The translations under genes and the position numbers were made by a program. Below the pieces are notes generated by a model, which ran no database searches, was not told the origin of the DNA, and saw only the letters and a list, made by a program, of their open reading frames with translations. DNA of 64,000 nt from Lytechinus pictus (taxonomy: Eukaryota), in the NCBI RefSeq assembly GCF_037042905.1, contig NC_087254.1, positions 25,668,001 to 25,732,000 on the forward strand, in the 5' to 3' direction. This document shows, piece after piece, positions 1 through 13,031 of this stretch (positions are counted from its first letter, which is position 1; every line of letters begins with the position of its first letter).

Positions 1-327
1 GAATATTTTGATCACTTTTCTAAAGTGTCATAAATGTATAGTGGAAGCTATGTTCTTAAACAAATAAATACATTTTCATAGTTAAATATACCCATAAATT
101 CTATAGGCGATCCAGAAGGTTAACAATTTGCAATTTCTTATCTGAAACTGCCCTAAGTTAATTGAAAAATTATACTGGGATTTTCTTCTGTTATTATGAT
201 CACTGACCAAAACTGACTCAAATCAACAGGTTGGGGATATAAAATTTATAATTTCGAAGCAAATCCTGACGAGTTAATAATCTTGAGATTGATTTTCTTG
301 TGAGTCATCATTAATTTAAAAATGTAC

Positions 328-3300
328 CTTGATCCGATCTTCCTCCTGCTTAAGATGCTTTGGCGGGAATAGCATTGGTGGCATTGCATTAGGATCTTTC
401 CTAGGATATATAGGCGGTGGTGATGGTGAGTCGATACGAGAGAGAGGTCGATCGTTGGTAGAATTGGTCACGATTGGGTTCAAGACCCAGCCTGCTTCTT
501 TATGATCGGGTGATCGTGAGGGAACAGGGGAACGCTGAGGAGCAGACTTCATACGGGAAAAACGTTGCTGCAACAGGGGAACAAAAGGCAAATTAATAAT
601 TGAAAGTAATGACTAATTCGAACAAGTCGGCGCTACATAGGGGGCGGGGCATGCAGGGAGCGACCACCCCTTGTGTGATTTGTCAGGTAGTTTTAACACA
701 AGAGGAAAAAGGAAGGAAGGAGGGATCGAGGCCTTAACCTGTGTGTGCCTTATACTGCCCGAGCCATTCAATTAGAATAATAATAATAATAATAATCACA
801 ACAATAATAATAATAAAAACCTTAGGGTTATCATGCCTCTAAGTCAAAATACCCTGTTACCGGCCTTATAGTAATTTTAACCATAATCAGAAGTAAAACA
901 CAAGAATTTGCAGTAAAGTAGAAACACAATGGCTATTGGCAAATATTACATTATTTTGACCATTTTGAAAATAATTACAAAACTAAGCAATTTAACAAAA
1001 ACAATGACTAGGCAAGGAAAAAAAGAAGTAATAACACTTAGGAGGCTTTCCTAAAACGAAATGCTTGTTAAAGAGGCAAGCCCCAGTGACTAACTTCCAG
1101 GTCGATTGTCATGGTAACATTATTCCTTTCCATATTTAAGAATTATATTGATTCTCAGTCGAGACCTACTTGTTCAAACGTCATGGAATCCTTGACAGCG
1201 CTCTTTGGTGTTGTCTTCCGAGTTTTCCCGCGTTGATGATATTCTTCCAAGGAAAGTGAAGCGGGAAACTCATCGGTCTTTTCAACATCGATCGTCTGGA
1301 GGTCGTGACCACTGGCGGGGTCTCTCGTTGACGGCTGCATGGGTTCCTCATCATCACCTTCACGGCGACTGTAGTAGACTGTAGTAGCTTCCTCGTCGAT
1401 ATCAAGAGGAGGCACGGGACACGGGGGTCGAGAGGAAGTATGAGGAATTTTGCCAGAACCGTGGTTCTCATCGTCGATTGTCACGGCCGCTTTATTACAC
1501 TCAAAGCTATCATCGTGGCGTTCGATCAACATCTTGGATTGATTCTGGGAATATTAAAAAATGTGAAGGAAACCGTATATTCTGAAAAGGTATAGGGGAC
1601 GGGAGCTTTGGCGATCAAGAACCACATGCGATTATAATGCTACATTATTTCTTTTCCTTATTTTTCCCTCCCTCTGTCTGTGTGTATGTTTGTTTGTTTG
1701 CATTTCTCTCTCTCTTTCTTTCTGTGTCTGTCAGTCTGTCTGTCTCTGTATATATTTCGCTATGCATGTGCGACATTTTCTCTGTTTGTCTTCGTTGAGC
1801 GATTTAGGGTGGAACCTGTTTAGATTCATCAATACATCATCCCCCCCCCCCAAAAAAAAAACATTTTCGCAAAGAAAGTATTTTTTCAATATTTCTCCAC
1901 AGAGCATCATTATTATCAAAATCCGTGATCCATTACACAATTACACACGACCACAGAATCTGTGTGCCTCTTTCCACCAGGAAAATATTTTGTTGCATGA
2001 GCATAGTTCGTTCTACCGTGTATGTGAGTAAAAAAAAGGAAAGGGGGAAAATGGCAAGTAAGTACAAGTGTAAAAAAAAAAAATAGTGAAAGTTGCTACT
2101 TGACCTTTTGACCTAAAAATCAAAAGGCTTCCTGGGATCGGATCATGGACCTACAACAACTGGGATCCATGCGAGTATCAAACACACCAAATTATTTGAG
2201 CCCAGCTTAAGTTAAACTGAAGTTATCGCGTTTACAGGGACTTCAGAAGGGTAAAATGAAAGCCTGTGACCTTGACCTTTGACATTTTGACCTCAAAATC
2301 AAAAGATCTCTTGATAGTGTCATACTCACCAATTTATATGAGCCTAGGTTAAGTTAAATTTAAGTTATCGCGTTTACAAGGACTGCAGAAGGGTAAGCTT
2401 AAAAATTGGAATTAAAGCATGGTTATATATTTAGAAATATTTTTTGTTGTTCAAATTACATTACAGAGTTAGATTGGTCATTTACCACTGCCGATCTCCA
2501 TTCAAATGTTTAAATACATAAAAGCCTATGTGGGGTGTAGCCTTATAGTCATGTACCATCGCCGTGAAATAAATAGCTTTGAAAAATAGTTCATTGTTAT
2601 GTAGATCGTATGATTTTACCTCAAATAATTCGTTGTTTCTCTTCTTCGATTCATAGAATCGACGAGAATTTGACTTGCTTGACATAGTTGATGTATCACC
2701 CTTTCCTTTCTCATGGATTCTTTCATCTGAACTTCTATCAAAAAAAAAAAAAAAAAAAGTAATGTTTGGAAGGAAAGAGAAATTCTGAACAAAATATTAT
2801 CAGGGGGAAGGCCTGTAACCGGGGCTTGTATAGCGTTCTCAGTGGCGTAACAGGCGGGGGGGGGGGGCAGGGGGGCAAGCTGCCCCCCTGGCGGATTTCA
2901 CCGGGAAAAATTAAAAAAAACGGGAAAAAGAAAAAAGGGAGGGAGAAAGAAAGGGAAAGGGGAAAAGGAAAGGAGGAGAAGGAAAGGGAAATGGAAAAGA
3001 AAACGAATATAAATATATATTTTTTTAACAGAATAGGAAGGAAGGACAGCGGGAAAAGGAACGAAAGAAGAACATTTGAGAAAAGATAAATCATTCCGAA
3101 ATAGGCCTATGTAATGCAATAGTGTGATGGGAAATAAATTAAAAGATGACAAATTACAAACAATAGCGGTAAATGAAGTTAGAAGGGAATTAGTCAAAAG
3201 CTGAAGGTGGAAAACGAAGAAAAGGGACAAGAAAAACAAAACACTTAATAACACGACCGGGCTGCCGATGATTGAAAATGAAGAGCGGGAAGAAAGATGG

Positions 3301-6300
3301 ACTACACACAACATTGCGCTGTAAGCTTGTTAAATTTTATTCAAATAAGATACCGGGGCTTTGCCCCGACCCCACGCAGTAGGGGCTCTTCATCTATAAC
3401 CTTCAAATGGCTCTATATAACTTCCCCCTGTAGGGACCCTTCTTACATTAAGCTTTACGTTCAATGAATGGCGTACAGGCCCGGAGGGTCTTGGTTCCAA
3501 ACCCAAAGGAAATAAAATAAATTAAAGGAGACAACGTATAATGAAACAAATGGAAACAATGAAATTTGTTATCAACTGAATGAAAAAAATCTATATATCA
3601 CATAATTAGAATTTAAAATCAGTAGGCAATCTTTTTTTCCAGCTTGCTTTCCTCGCTGGCGACTTTTATTAAAATAATATTCCCACATTGACCCCCCCCC
3701 CTCAAAATATTTGGTTCATTACGCAACTGGGCTGAATAAATGTGTTGTGTAAAAGCTATATTCTGTATATACCCGCGATATTTGATTAAAAATAGCGGCA
3801 ATCTGCGAGGTTTAAATGGCTTTGATATCAAGAAGTTCCGGGGGCTCCGCCCCCGACCCCAATCGCATAGCACTTCGTATATGAGTATGGTAGGGTTGGG
3901 CCATGGCCCCAAAAAGTTCTACAACCAAGAACAAAAAACAAGGAGGAAAGGAAGGCAAAGGAAAAGTGTAGGATATAATTTTTTTACTGAATATTATGTC
4001 AAAATATATCTCAAAGTTAAATTCTCATTAAAAGGTGATTTTTTTTCTCGCTCGCTTCGCTCGCTCGGGACTTATTAAGCAGCTTTTTTTAACACATGCG
4101 CCATACTGCGCCCCTCGTTTGTTTGTTTTTTATACTCATCACGTTACTGCCGCAAAGAATCCTGTTCATAGTGGCGTACAGACCACGAAAACAAGGAATG
4201 GATAGAGAGAAAGGTGAAATATATGATTCTCTGCATATAAAAAAAATGAATTTTTGGATTTAAAATGTCAAAATTTGTGCTCGCTCGCTTCGCTCGCTCG
4301 CAATTTTTTTTTAAAAGATAAATTATGCCGATACGCAATAGGCCTATCTGGCCCTCTAAAAATTGTTGCCTCATTTCTCCATTATGCCTGTTCATACCAT
4401 GATTATGACCGGGAAATTTTTGGCTCTTGCCCCCCCTGGCCACCGACCCCTGTTACGCCGCTGAGCGTTCTCTGTTGTTTTCGAAATAGCTTTAGGCCCA
4501 TATATGCTCTGGTCCCAAATCACACTCGTTTCGGCGTGGGTGAGGCATGGGACCAGTCCTTTGGAGTGAGATTTGCACCTTTTAAAGGTTGAGTAGTTTG
4601 GGAGTGAAAGTGTCGAAAAAGATGCATAATTCACTCGAGATGGAGCTATGATTGCACTCAAGGATGTTCAGTAAGAGAGGAGTATGATTACATGCGAGAT
4701 TATATCCCTTTTAATTATTTTGTCCGGATTTTAGTCAAAAAATCGAGCAGAAATGATGATGCAAAGTGATACAAAAACATTTGAAAGCATAAAACAGTAC
4801 AAGTGAAGCGACTCTGCCAGTCCCACCTGCATTACGCGATTCAATAAAGCAGCAATGCTGGCTTTGAAAACTACTATAAAAAATCATTAAAAAAAAACAC
4901 CACAAATGATACAATACTACAACTGATCCTAAATGACATTTGACCTTGATAATGTGACCTAAGACTTTTCAGTGATACTTGATTACCCCTATGTCCACAT
5001 TTCATAAACTATGTCCATAAACTTTGAAAGTTATGACAGCAATTCAATAATTACTTCTAAAATGGCCAAATAAGTTCGTACAACAGAGAAACTCGCTCAA
5101 GATCTTCAGTGATACTTGATTATTCTTATGTCCAAGTTTTATGAATCAGATCTACAAACTTTCAAAGTTATGATGGTAATTCAACAAATACCCCCAAAGG
5201 CCAAAGTTCACTGACCTTAAATGACCTTTGCCCTTGGTCTTATGACCTGAGGTGTTCAGTGGTACTTGATTACTGTTATGTCCAAGTTTTATGAATCAGA
5301 TCCATAAACTTTTTTAAGATGTGATGGTAATTTAACAAATACCACCAACTTGGCCAAAGTTCATTGACCCTAAATGACCTTTAACCTTGGTCATGTGCCC
5401 TGAAACTCAAGCAGGATGTTCAGTAATACTTATTAAACTTTTGTCCAAGTTTCATGAACTAGGTCCACTGCTTTTTTCAGTTATGCTGTCATTTCAAAAA
5501 CTTAACCTTCGGTTAAAATTTGATGTTGACGCCGACGAAGCCGTCGAAAAAGCGACGCCTATCATGCTTATAGTCTCACTCTGCTATGCTAGTGAGACAA
5601 AAACTGACCGCGGAAAGAAGGAATGAAAATAGGTATACAGGTCTGTCTCAAGCCCTCCCTATATAAAAAGTGACGAGCGACTTTACTACGACTGGTGATC
5701 CTTTCTTAATACGAGTTAAATTATCACCAACAATATATTTGGCAACACATAATTGTCTACCCCAAGAAAAGGTAACCGGTCCCTCGCAACTTATAGCTTT
5801 ATCATCCACCATATTCACCTGGTAATAATAACGTTCTTAAATTTCATATGACCTTGGTTTCAGACCGCCTCGAAGTTCGTCAGTTCCAGGTATTCTCTGA
5901 TCGGGAAATTTACCCCGATCAGAAAATACCAGGTATTTTGGTAATGTGAAAGCAAACTACGCGTAATTTCCCCGAAAGAAAATACCCGCTAAATAGTAGG
6001 TACTTGGCGAAATTACGAGAACTTTCGCGGGGATTTTTCCAAGGTCGCAGGTATTTTGGCGATGTGAAAGCAAATTACGGGAACTTTTAGCCCAGCGTGT
6101 CGTTGGGTGCGGCGCCGTGGGTGGCTGCTGGGCTATTGGTTTTGAATCTCGCGCCTTGCCTGCTTATTAGACCATTCTGCGCATGCTCCTAACTTCGGGA
6201 ATTTATCCCGAAGTGTACGTTTCGGGGCGGTGTGAATGCAGGAATAATTAATGGGTATTTTTAAGCCTCAAAATGTTCTCGTAATTTAACGGGGATTCTT

Positions 6301-6753
6301 GTGATCGAGGCGGTTTGAAACCACCTTGCCTATGCTAGGAGCAGGCCTTGCTCCCGATCCCTTTCCGCATTCAGTTTTTGCATGTCATAAAAAAGTTTAA
6401 TGGGAAAATATTTTCGATGACCATGTAGTGACACCCCCCTATTTTGTGCTTATAGGTATATGTTTTTTATGTGGTCTCCCTCTTGCAAATCATCAGGATT
6501 CGCCCCCTCCCCGTTCGATTAAAACATCCTTATCCTCTTTTTGTTTGGTGACGTACGTCGATTATGTTAAAAGTGATGAATATACAAACAGTGTTGATAC
6601 GAACCTTCTAGCTGTTGGAGTTTTAGGCTTTTTGATTTTGACATCGTGAGAGATTTCATCCGATAATATTCCCATGTACCTCCCTGAGCTGTCTGATATT
6701 TCTTCTATTGGGGATACAAACTTCGGTTTCGTTCCTAGGTTGGATTCCTCCAT
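328..6753 (-). CDS. Uncharacterised multi-exon gene, 3' partial; low-complexity, probably disordered protein (~293 codons in window)
   Basis: Exons 6753-6605 (MEESNLG..., donor ag|GTTCGT, phase 2), 2734-2620 (T-tract gatag acceptor, gag|GTAAAA), 1544-1170 (cccag acceptor, caa|GTAGGT) and 567-328 (ttgcag acceptor, aag|GTACAT) join into one open frame with consistent phases. No domain recognised. Confidence 0.7.
2095..2400. repeat. Degenerate TGACCTTTGACC-type repeat fragments
   Basis: Two related units (tgaccttttgacctaaaaatcaaaa...aagttatcgcgtttaca) whose motifs resemble the HINE-like internal repeats. Confidence 0.5.
2840..4463. mobile_element. Non-autonomous hAT-like DNA transposon
   Basis: TIRs CAGTGGCGTAACAGG / CCTGTTACGCCGCTG; perfect 8-bp TSD AGCGTTCT at 2832-2839 and 4464-4471. 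Confidence 0.85.
4799..5598 (-). mobile_element. Helentron-associated (HINE/DINE-like) element with internal tandem repeats, diverged copy
   Basis: Reverse complement of the elements at 33565 and 58559: same termini and same TGACCTT-rich internal repeat. Confidence 0.75.
5855..6323. mobile_element. MITE with ~19-bp TIRs and a 3-bp TSD
   Basis: TGGTTTCAGACCGCCTCGA / TCGAGGCGGTTTGAAACCA; CCT on both flanks (5852-5854, 6324-6326). Confidence 0.7.
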
Positions 6754-6887
6754 GTTTCCTTAATTCTGGATCGAAAATGTGCTTAAATTGAGACTAATAA
6801 CAAAAAATATATTAAAAAAATCGATTGAGATTCGGGAAGGATGGTAAAAAAATAGATAACAAAGAACACTATCTAAAGAATGAAAGA

Positions 6888-7080
6888 TGAATAGATAGAA
6901 AGAAAGAAAAGGAGAACATGGCCCTGGGAAGCGGGGGTGTTGGAGCATCCCCAAGGTTTTTCTAGGGGGTGCTGCCTATGGAAAATAATACACGCAGCAC
7001 CCCCTAGAAAAACCTTGGGGATGCTCCAACACCCCCGCTTCCCATGGCCATGTTCTCCTTTTCTTTCTATATCTATTCAT
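6888..7080. repeat. Near-perfect long inverted repeat (~88-bp arms, 18-nt loop)
   Basis: 6888-6975 is the reverse complement of 6994-7080 with only a few differences. Confidence 0.9.
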
Positions 7081-7324
7081 GTTAGGTGTGGGAGTTTGGA
7101 GAAATGTGATTAAAATGGCAAACATTTTGTGTTGAGCCCTCATTTTTGGGGCTATGCAAATTTCTCTGCATGGACCAAACCGAGCTTCATTTTGTAGCGA
7201 AACCTTTTGTGCTTGTCAAATTCCTTTTTTTTGGAGGGGGGGGGGGTAAAAAATCGTTTCAAGGGCCCTGAAGGAGAAAAGAAGAAAGATGGCGAGAAGC
7301 CGAGAAAGATTTGTTTACTTCCGA

Positions 7325-7740
7325 GTGGATGACCAACCTATCATTGCTCAACCGCTAGAAAGGATGATCGAACTTGTGAAATGATTTTGCTAATAACATA
7401 TGTTTTGGGGTTGGAAGTAATGTTTCTTTTTACAATGTTTTAACTGAATATCTAGCTGAAACAGTGTAAAATGAGATGTCTAGTTTTCTTGTAACTTTTA
7501 TGAAGCGATCACATAATCAGAGCCAGAAAGTTACTTGCGTGTGTTTTATGTTGCCGTAACTTTCAAACTGAGGGCAACGTGTGCCTCATAAGGTTCTTAT
7601 GGGATTCCATTTTGGGCAAATTATTTTTCCTAAAAAGGGCATGATCTGTGTTATAAATATTGGAAAGTGTAATTCGTGTGAGCCTTGCATCATTAGAAAA
7701 TTGTTTTTAAAATAATCATAAATAAGAATTGTTGTCAGCC
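7325..7740. repeat. Diverged direct repeat, copy 1 (copy 2 at ~9790-10980, interrupted)
   Basis: Shared blocks gtggatgac...gctcaaccgc.agaaagga...gaacttgtgaaat and ggttc.ttatgg.attccattttgg.caaatt...gtgtgagccttgcatcattagaaa...ttgttgtcagc. Confidence 0.75.
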
Positions 7741-8464
7741 CTTGTTTTTTTTTCAATATAAACTCCTCAAAAAAAGTTTGGAAATCTGATTTTGATCGAT
7801 AATCCCTCCTCGGTTTTAGTAAATATCAATGTGTTATTAATATCAACGAATAGAACATTTAATTCTCTTTAAAATGATACCCTACATGATATGATTATGG
7901 GCCACATAGAGGTGCAGTGCCTTGAAATGTGGGGCAAGGTCAAATTTCAAAAGCTGCAAAATGACACAATATTGAAAGTCACTGTTCTTTTTTCAGTGGT
8001 GATGAGTGAGTTTCTCAGCGGTTTCTTTTAATTATTTTCATGCACCTTAACTTCAACATTAACATGGAATCAAACACACCTCTGCACAAGCAAACACATA
8101 ACAAACAAACAAACAAAATTAACATGCATGGGTATTTCAAACCACGACTCAAACCATGTTATCTCACAGAACCATCACTACAGAAGCAGGGGCTTGATTT
8201 GAATGGATTTTCATCTCTATTGACACAGACAAAGGAATCATGTTCTGTATTGACCTTTCATGACTATTTCTGCTTGTTTTGCAGCTTTTCAATTCAGACC
8301 TCATCCAACATTTTTGAATCCTGCTCTTTTCGTGATGGCATGATCATGACAAGCATGGTATCATTTTAAAGAGAATCAAATGATCTTTTGAATGATATCA
8401 AATATGCATTGTGTAAAATTGGAAATTGGGAGAAATTAATGGCCAAACTAGAACTCGAGGTTAA

Positions 8465-9650
8465 AGGGGTTGTCCAGGCCGAAAAAATATCAAGATTTTC
8501 AGAGATAAAGAAAAATAAGACAAACGAAAGTGTATAAGGGTCGCTGAGAGCATGAATATATAGGTCCAGCATGCTGAGAGGCTGTGGAGCAAATATTTAG
8601 GGTATGTCGCGGCGGAAAACAATAATTAATAGAATAATCTCCAGAGAACAATAGAGAGTGGAATTCTATAGGTGAGGAGGAGTGAGGGAGCGTTAGGAGG
8701 GTATATCGACGATTGATAACGATAATCATTATCTGTTTGGACTTGTTCTTTTGTTTGTGATGAGATCACCGTATCAAGGAAGAAATAATCAATAATAGGA
8801 AGAGTCATGGTCATCCCCCAAATTATACAATAATAATGTTTAATATATTAACCAGTGGTTTGGAAATTGGAATAGTCGTTAGTGTGTGTGTTTTAAGGAA
8901 TCAATGCGTAGCTTTCCAAGCATAAAGTGTTGTTCAATTTTAGTTCATGTTGCTTGGAGAAATCGAACAAGCAAAGAGTTGATGTCTTGGATTGATAAAA
9001 CTGTTGGTACACAACTGGTGGATGGTTTTTTTTTTGTTTACTTCATTCAAAAGAACAGTATGACCTTGTGCTACTATGTTTTAAGCATTTATTTACGACG
9101 ATGGTAAGGTAACACCATAATGGTTCCTACAATATTGTTTTCACATTGTTTTCCGCGACATACCCTCAATATTTGCTCCTCAACCGGACTCTCAGCGACC
9201 CTTATACACGACCAACGAAACACTGGAAATATTTTCAAAATCTGACAAGGAATAACAAAACTATGGAGTTTTAAAGATTTGCATTATTCTGATGGAATAG
9301 CTAGTTCGAGGCATGTCTTTATGAATATTCAATGAGCAAACGGATGACGTCATATCCCCACTTGTTCTTTTATTTTTCATTATGAAATTGTGTATTCAAA
9401 TTGTGTCCTAAAAAAATTGGATTAGCAACCGACTCAATGACTTAGATATTCCTTGCTGCAGTTTATTTCATTATAAGAGAAACACACATGTATGAAATAA
9501 TCATGATTACATGTAATAAATAACATAAGAATGGGGAAGGGGGCATGACATCATCATTCCATCTGAATGAACGTGAAAAGACTGATGAAGTTTCGAACAT
9601 TTACATGTAGCTCTGTGAATTTTACTCTATTTCAGCCTCGAGTATCCCCT
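8465..9650. mobile_element. Degenerate TTAA-type MITE (family B), interrupted by a Mutator-like insertion
   Basis: Starts ttaaAGGGGTTGTCCAGGCCGAAA; internal blocks match 14641-15212 and 34840-35399. Confidence 0.65.
8530..9209. mobile_element. Mutator-like non-autonomous element
   Basis: TIR GTGTATAAGGGTCGCTGAGAG / CTCTCAGCGACCCTTATACAC, plus an inner inverted block (gagcaaatatt.agggtatgtcgcgg..aaaacaat). Flanked by an 11-bp direct repeat GACAAACGAAA / GACCAACGAAA. Confidence 0.7.
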
Positions 9651-10180
9651 AAATTGAACACTATAGTCTTACATTATACTTGGCTATTCCATTTCCGGTG
9701 TTATACATTTTCATTAACAATTTATATAAAATCATATAAAATGCCATTGGATCTAATTAAAATAATATCAAGTGTTTACTTACAAGATAGAGTGGATGAC
9801 TAATGAATTATCATCGCTCAACCGCAAGAAAGGACATTCGAACTTGTGAAATAATCCTGCTAATAAAATGTGTTTTGGGGGTTGGAAATAATGATTCTTT
9901 TTAATCGAATATCTAGCTGAAAGAGTCTGGTTTTATTGTAACGCAATCACATAGCCAACACGCCGGAATAATGTTTTGTGTGATTTATGTTGCCATAACT
10001 TTTAAAATGATGGCAAAGTGCGCCCCTGGATTATGACGCAACAATAAACTAAGAGTGTGTGTGAGGGTGAGTGTACGTGTGATGCAACCGGATGCAACAA
10101 CGTAGAAAAGAGAGTGCGCGCGCATATGAATGGCCCCTGGATATATTATTCTAGCATTCTGACGTAAAATCGATAATTAA

Positions 10181-10768
10181 AGGAGAATGAAACTCTTGGA
10201 GCAAGTTAGCTTTTGTGAAAGAAGAAAAATCAAAGAATAAGATCAACAAAAGTTTGAGTAAAATAGGACTCGCAATAGAAGAGTTATGAGCATTTGAATG
10301 TTGAGATCACTAATGCTATGGAGATCCTCCCATTGGCAATGCGACCAAGATCTATGATGTCACAGATGAACAACTCTCCCCTTTTGGACACTGAAAACAT
10401 CCTCCAAAACATATCTTTTTGCTCATTCTAATCATATGACAAACGATTCATCAATGATATAATGTTGTGGAACCTCTGTAATTGTCCTCTCATAAAGAGA
10501 ACACCTCACCTTGTGATAGACTCTATAAAAGTGAGAATATAAGTGAAATAAGTACTTAAGTAATGAGGGACTTGTACGTGTGTGACATCACAGATCTTGG
10601 TCGCATTGCCAATGGGAGGATCTACATGGCATTAGTGATCTCAATTAATATTCAAATGCTCATAACTTTCTTATTATTCATTCAATCTTCCTCAAACTTT
10701 CAACAATATGTTTCTTTGATTTTTCTCTTTGATATGGATTCAGCTGGTTTCAAGGGTTTCATTCTCCT
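10181..10768 (+). mobile_element. Kolobok-like MITE, family A
   Basis: TTAA-AGGAGAATGAAAC ... GTTTCATTCTCCT-TTAA; near-identical to 25737-26320 and 58016-59781. Confidence 0.85.
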
Positions 10769-11705
10769 TTAACCTCTAATTACAAACCGCTGCATGAAAA
10801 TGCAGTTTTATGTCTGAATGACAATGAGGTTCATTATGGAATTCCATTTTGGCAAATTAACTTTCTAAAAAAGACATGATCTTTGTTATAATTATTGGAA
10901 AATTATTGAGTGTGAGCCTTGCATCATTAGAAAGTTGTTTGAGAAAATATTAACATATAAAAAAAATTGTTGTCAGCACTCGCAAAATAAAGGCCTACAC
11001 AATAGCATCTAATTTACTTATTTCGTTGAAATGGGTGTGGAGTAAAAGTTTTTATTCTTGGATGTTACTGCTTCTACAGCTCCTTAACTTACATCTCATT
11101 TAAAGTATATCTTTTTATATAATGAATTTTATTGCATCAATGTACATTTTCATAACCAAGTTCGTCAGTAGGGACATAAGATCAATTTAACTATGCCAAG
11201 ATCTGTTTAGACACTTTACTTTGTCATTCAGATTATTATTTACAGAGCGTTCTTCGGTTTTAAGCCTATTGACATGTGAACTTTGATTTTAATATCATTA
11301 ATCACTATTAAAACGAGTATTCACTAGACTTTGATCTCATGATTGTAATAACACTGGCCTATTTACTGATATCCCATAATGTATGAAACTGAGAAATCTT
11401 AAAACGTGAGGTTAAGGAGTGATACGTCACGGTTCTACATATCTTTTGGAATCTTTGAAACTTAATTTAAAATTGGTGATGACATTCCCATACAATTTTT
11501 TTCGGTAAGCAGGTCTTCCATGCAAAATCTGTTCTACAATAAACAGTCAGGATTAGGAAAGCGCAAATTGAAAAATATATTCCTTATCTAGCTCTGAAAA
11601 AACTCCATTTGAAACTAGAAAAGAATTGGTTGCCTCCGTTCAACTGGTTTATTTAATTTGTGATTTGTTTTACTTTTTCCCCGCTAGTTCATTCGTTTAA
11701 TTTAA

Positions 11706-12356
11706 AGGAGAATGAAACCTTTAGAACAAGATAGCTAATGTGAAAACAGAAAATCAAAGAAACAGATCAACGAAAGTTCGAGAAAAATCGGACAAATAAT
11801 GATAAAGTTATGAGCATTTGAATATTGCAATCACTTATGCTATGGAGATCCTCACATTGGCAATGGGACAAAGATGTGTGATGTCACTTGTGAACAACTC
11901 TCCCCATTACTTTAGTATATATTTCACTTAAATTGCCTCTTTTATCACATCTATCAATAGATCATGCTGTTCTTTCTATAGGAGGGCATGTACTACAGAT
12001 TTTTTAAAAGAATACATCATGGATAAAGAATTTTGTATCACCATAAGACAAAGCAATAAGAGACACTTTGAGGGTATTTTGTAGTCCATCAAAGGGAAAG
12101 CTGTTTTAAGAAAAAGCAAAAAGAGACATTTTGGGGATATTTTATAGTCCATCAAAGGGAAAGTTGTTCACATGTGACATCACATATCCTTGTCGCATTG
12201 CCAATGGGATGATCTCCATAGCATTAGTGATTGCAATATTCAAATATTCATAACTTTCTCATTGTTTGTCCGATTTTTCTCAAACTTTCGTTGATCTGTT
12301 TCTTTGATTTTTCTGTTTTGACACAAGCCTACTTATTCCAAAAGTTTCATTTCCCT
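11706..12356. mobile_element. Kolobok-like MITE, subfamily related to family A
   Basis: TTAA-AGGAGAATGAAAC ... TTTCATTTCCCT-TTAA; long palindromic arms shared with family A. Confidence 0.8.
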
Positions 12357-12870
12357 TTAAGTAGTAAGGCTTTCGGAAGGAAATCACAACCGTTTGAAAG
12401 TAATAACCCACTTTTTTTTTTTTTTTTTTTTTTGGGGGGGGGGGGGGGGTGATGTAATAAGGTCATTTCTTACCAATGAGATCTCATCTCTTCTTCTTTT
12501 TGGGGGGAGGGGGGTTATGAAAAAGCCAAACAAAAATGGATCAATTCGCTGTGCACCCCTTTACATGAAATCGTGTTGTGCACTCTATCATTTTATGTCA
12601 TAGTCTTAATCTGGTACTAATAGCAATATGAATTTGTACGTACATGGGATTTAGCTCATACCTAATTATTATTGACAACTCAAATTTTGTTTATTCTCTT
12701 ACATTTGGTCAGTTTATCTCGCTCACAAACATGACAAAACGGCTCCAAATTGACTTAAGATGTTCATGCCCATATTCATATTCGGTGATGACGTAGCGGT
12801 GATATTGTGATGTTTGTAGACATAACAAGGACAAAGTGCACATCGATCAACACTTCTGGAAGGATGGGAT

Positions 12871-12897
12871 CGCCACGCCATGGCCCATGACGTGGCG
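12871..12897. promoter_or_regulatory. Dyad of UPRE/CRE-like bZIP motifs upstream of the TMEM79-like gene
   Basis: CGCCACGCCATGG-c-CCATGACGTGGCG (12/13 inverted match, contains TGACGTGG); a further ATGACGTA near 12788. Confidence 0.3.
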
Positions 12898-13031
12898 GTA
12901 TCATTTTCAATCTACAACGCGTTCAAGTTCAGTCAATGGCTTGTACATGCCTTGTGTAGATGTCATAGTATATTGAGTTTGTTGGGTCATTTGTACATTC
13001 TAACACAGACATAAAGACTGGCTCAGTCAGC

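Noticed and set aside
2738-3314. Overlapping Phe/Leu-rich and Lys/Glu-rich ORFs
   Set aside because: They arise from GA/CT low-complexity sequence inside a non-autonomous hAT-like element.
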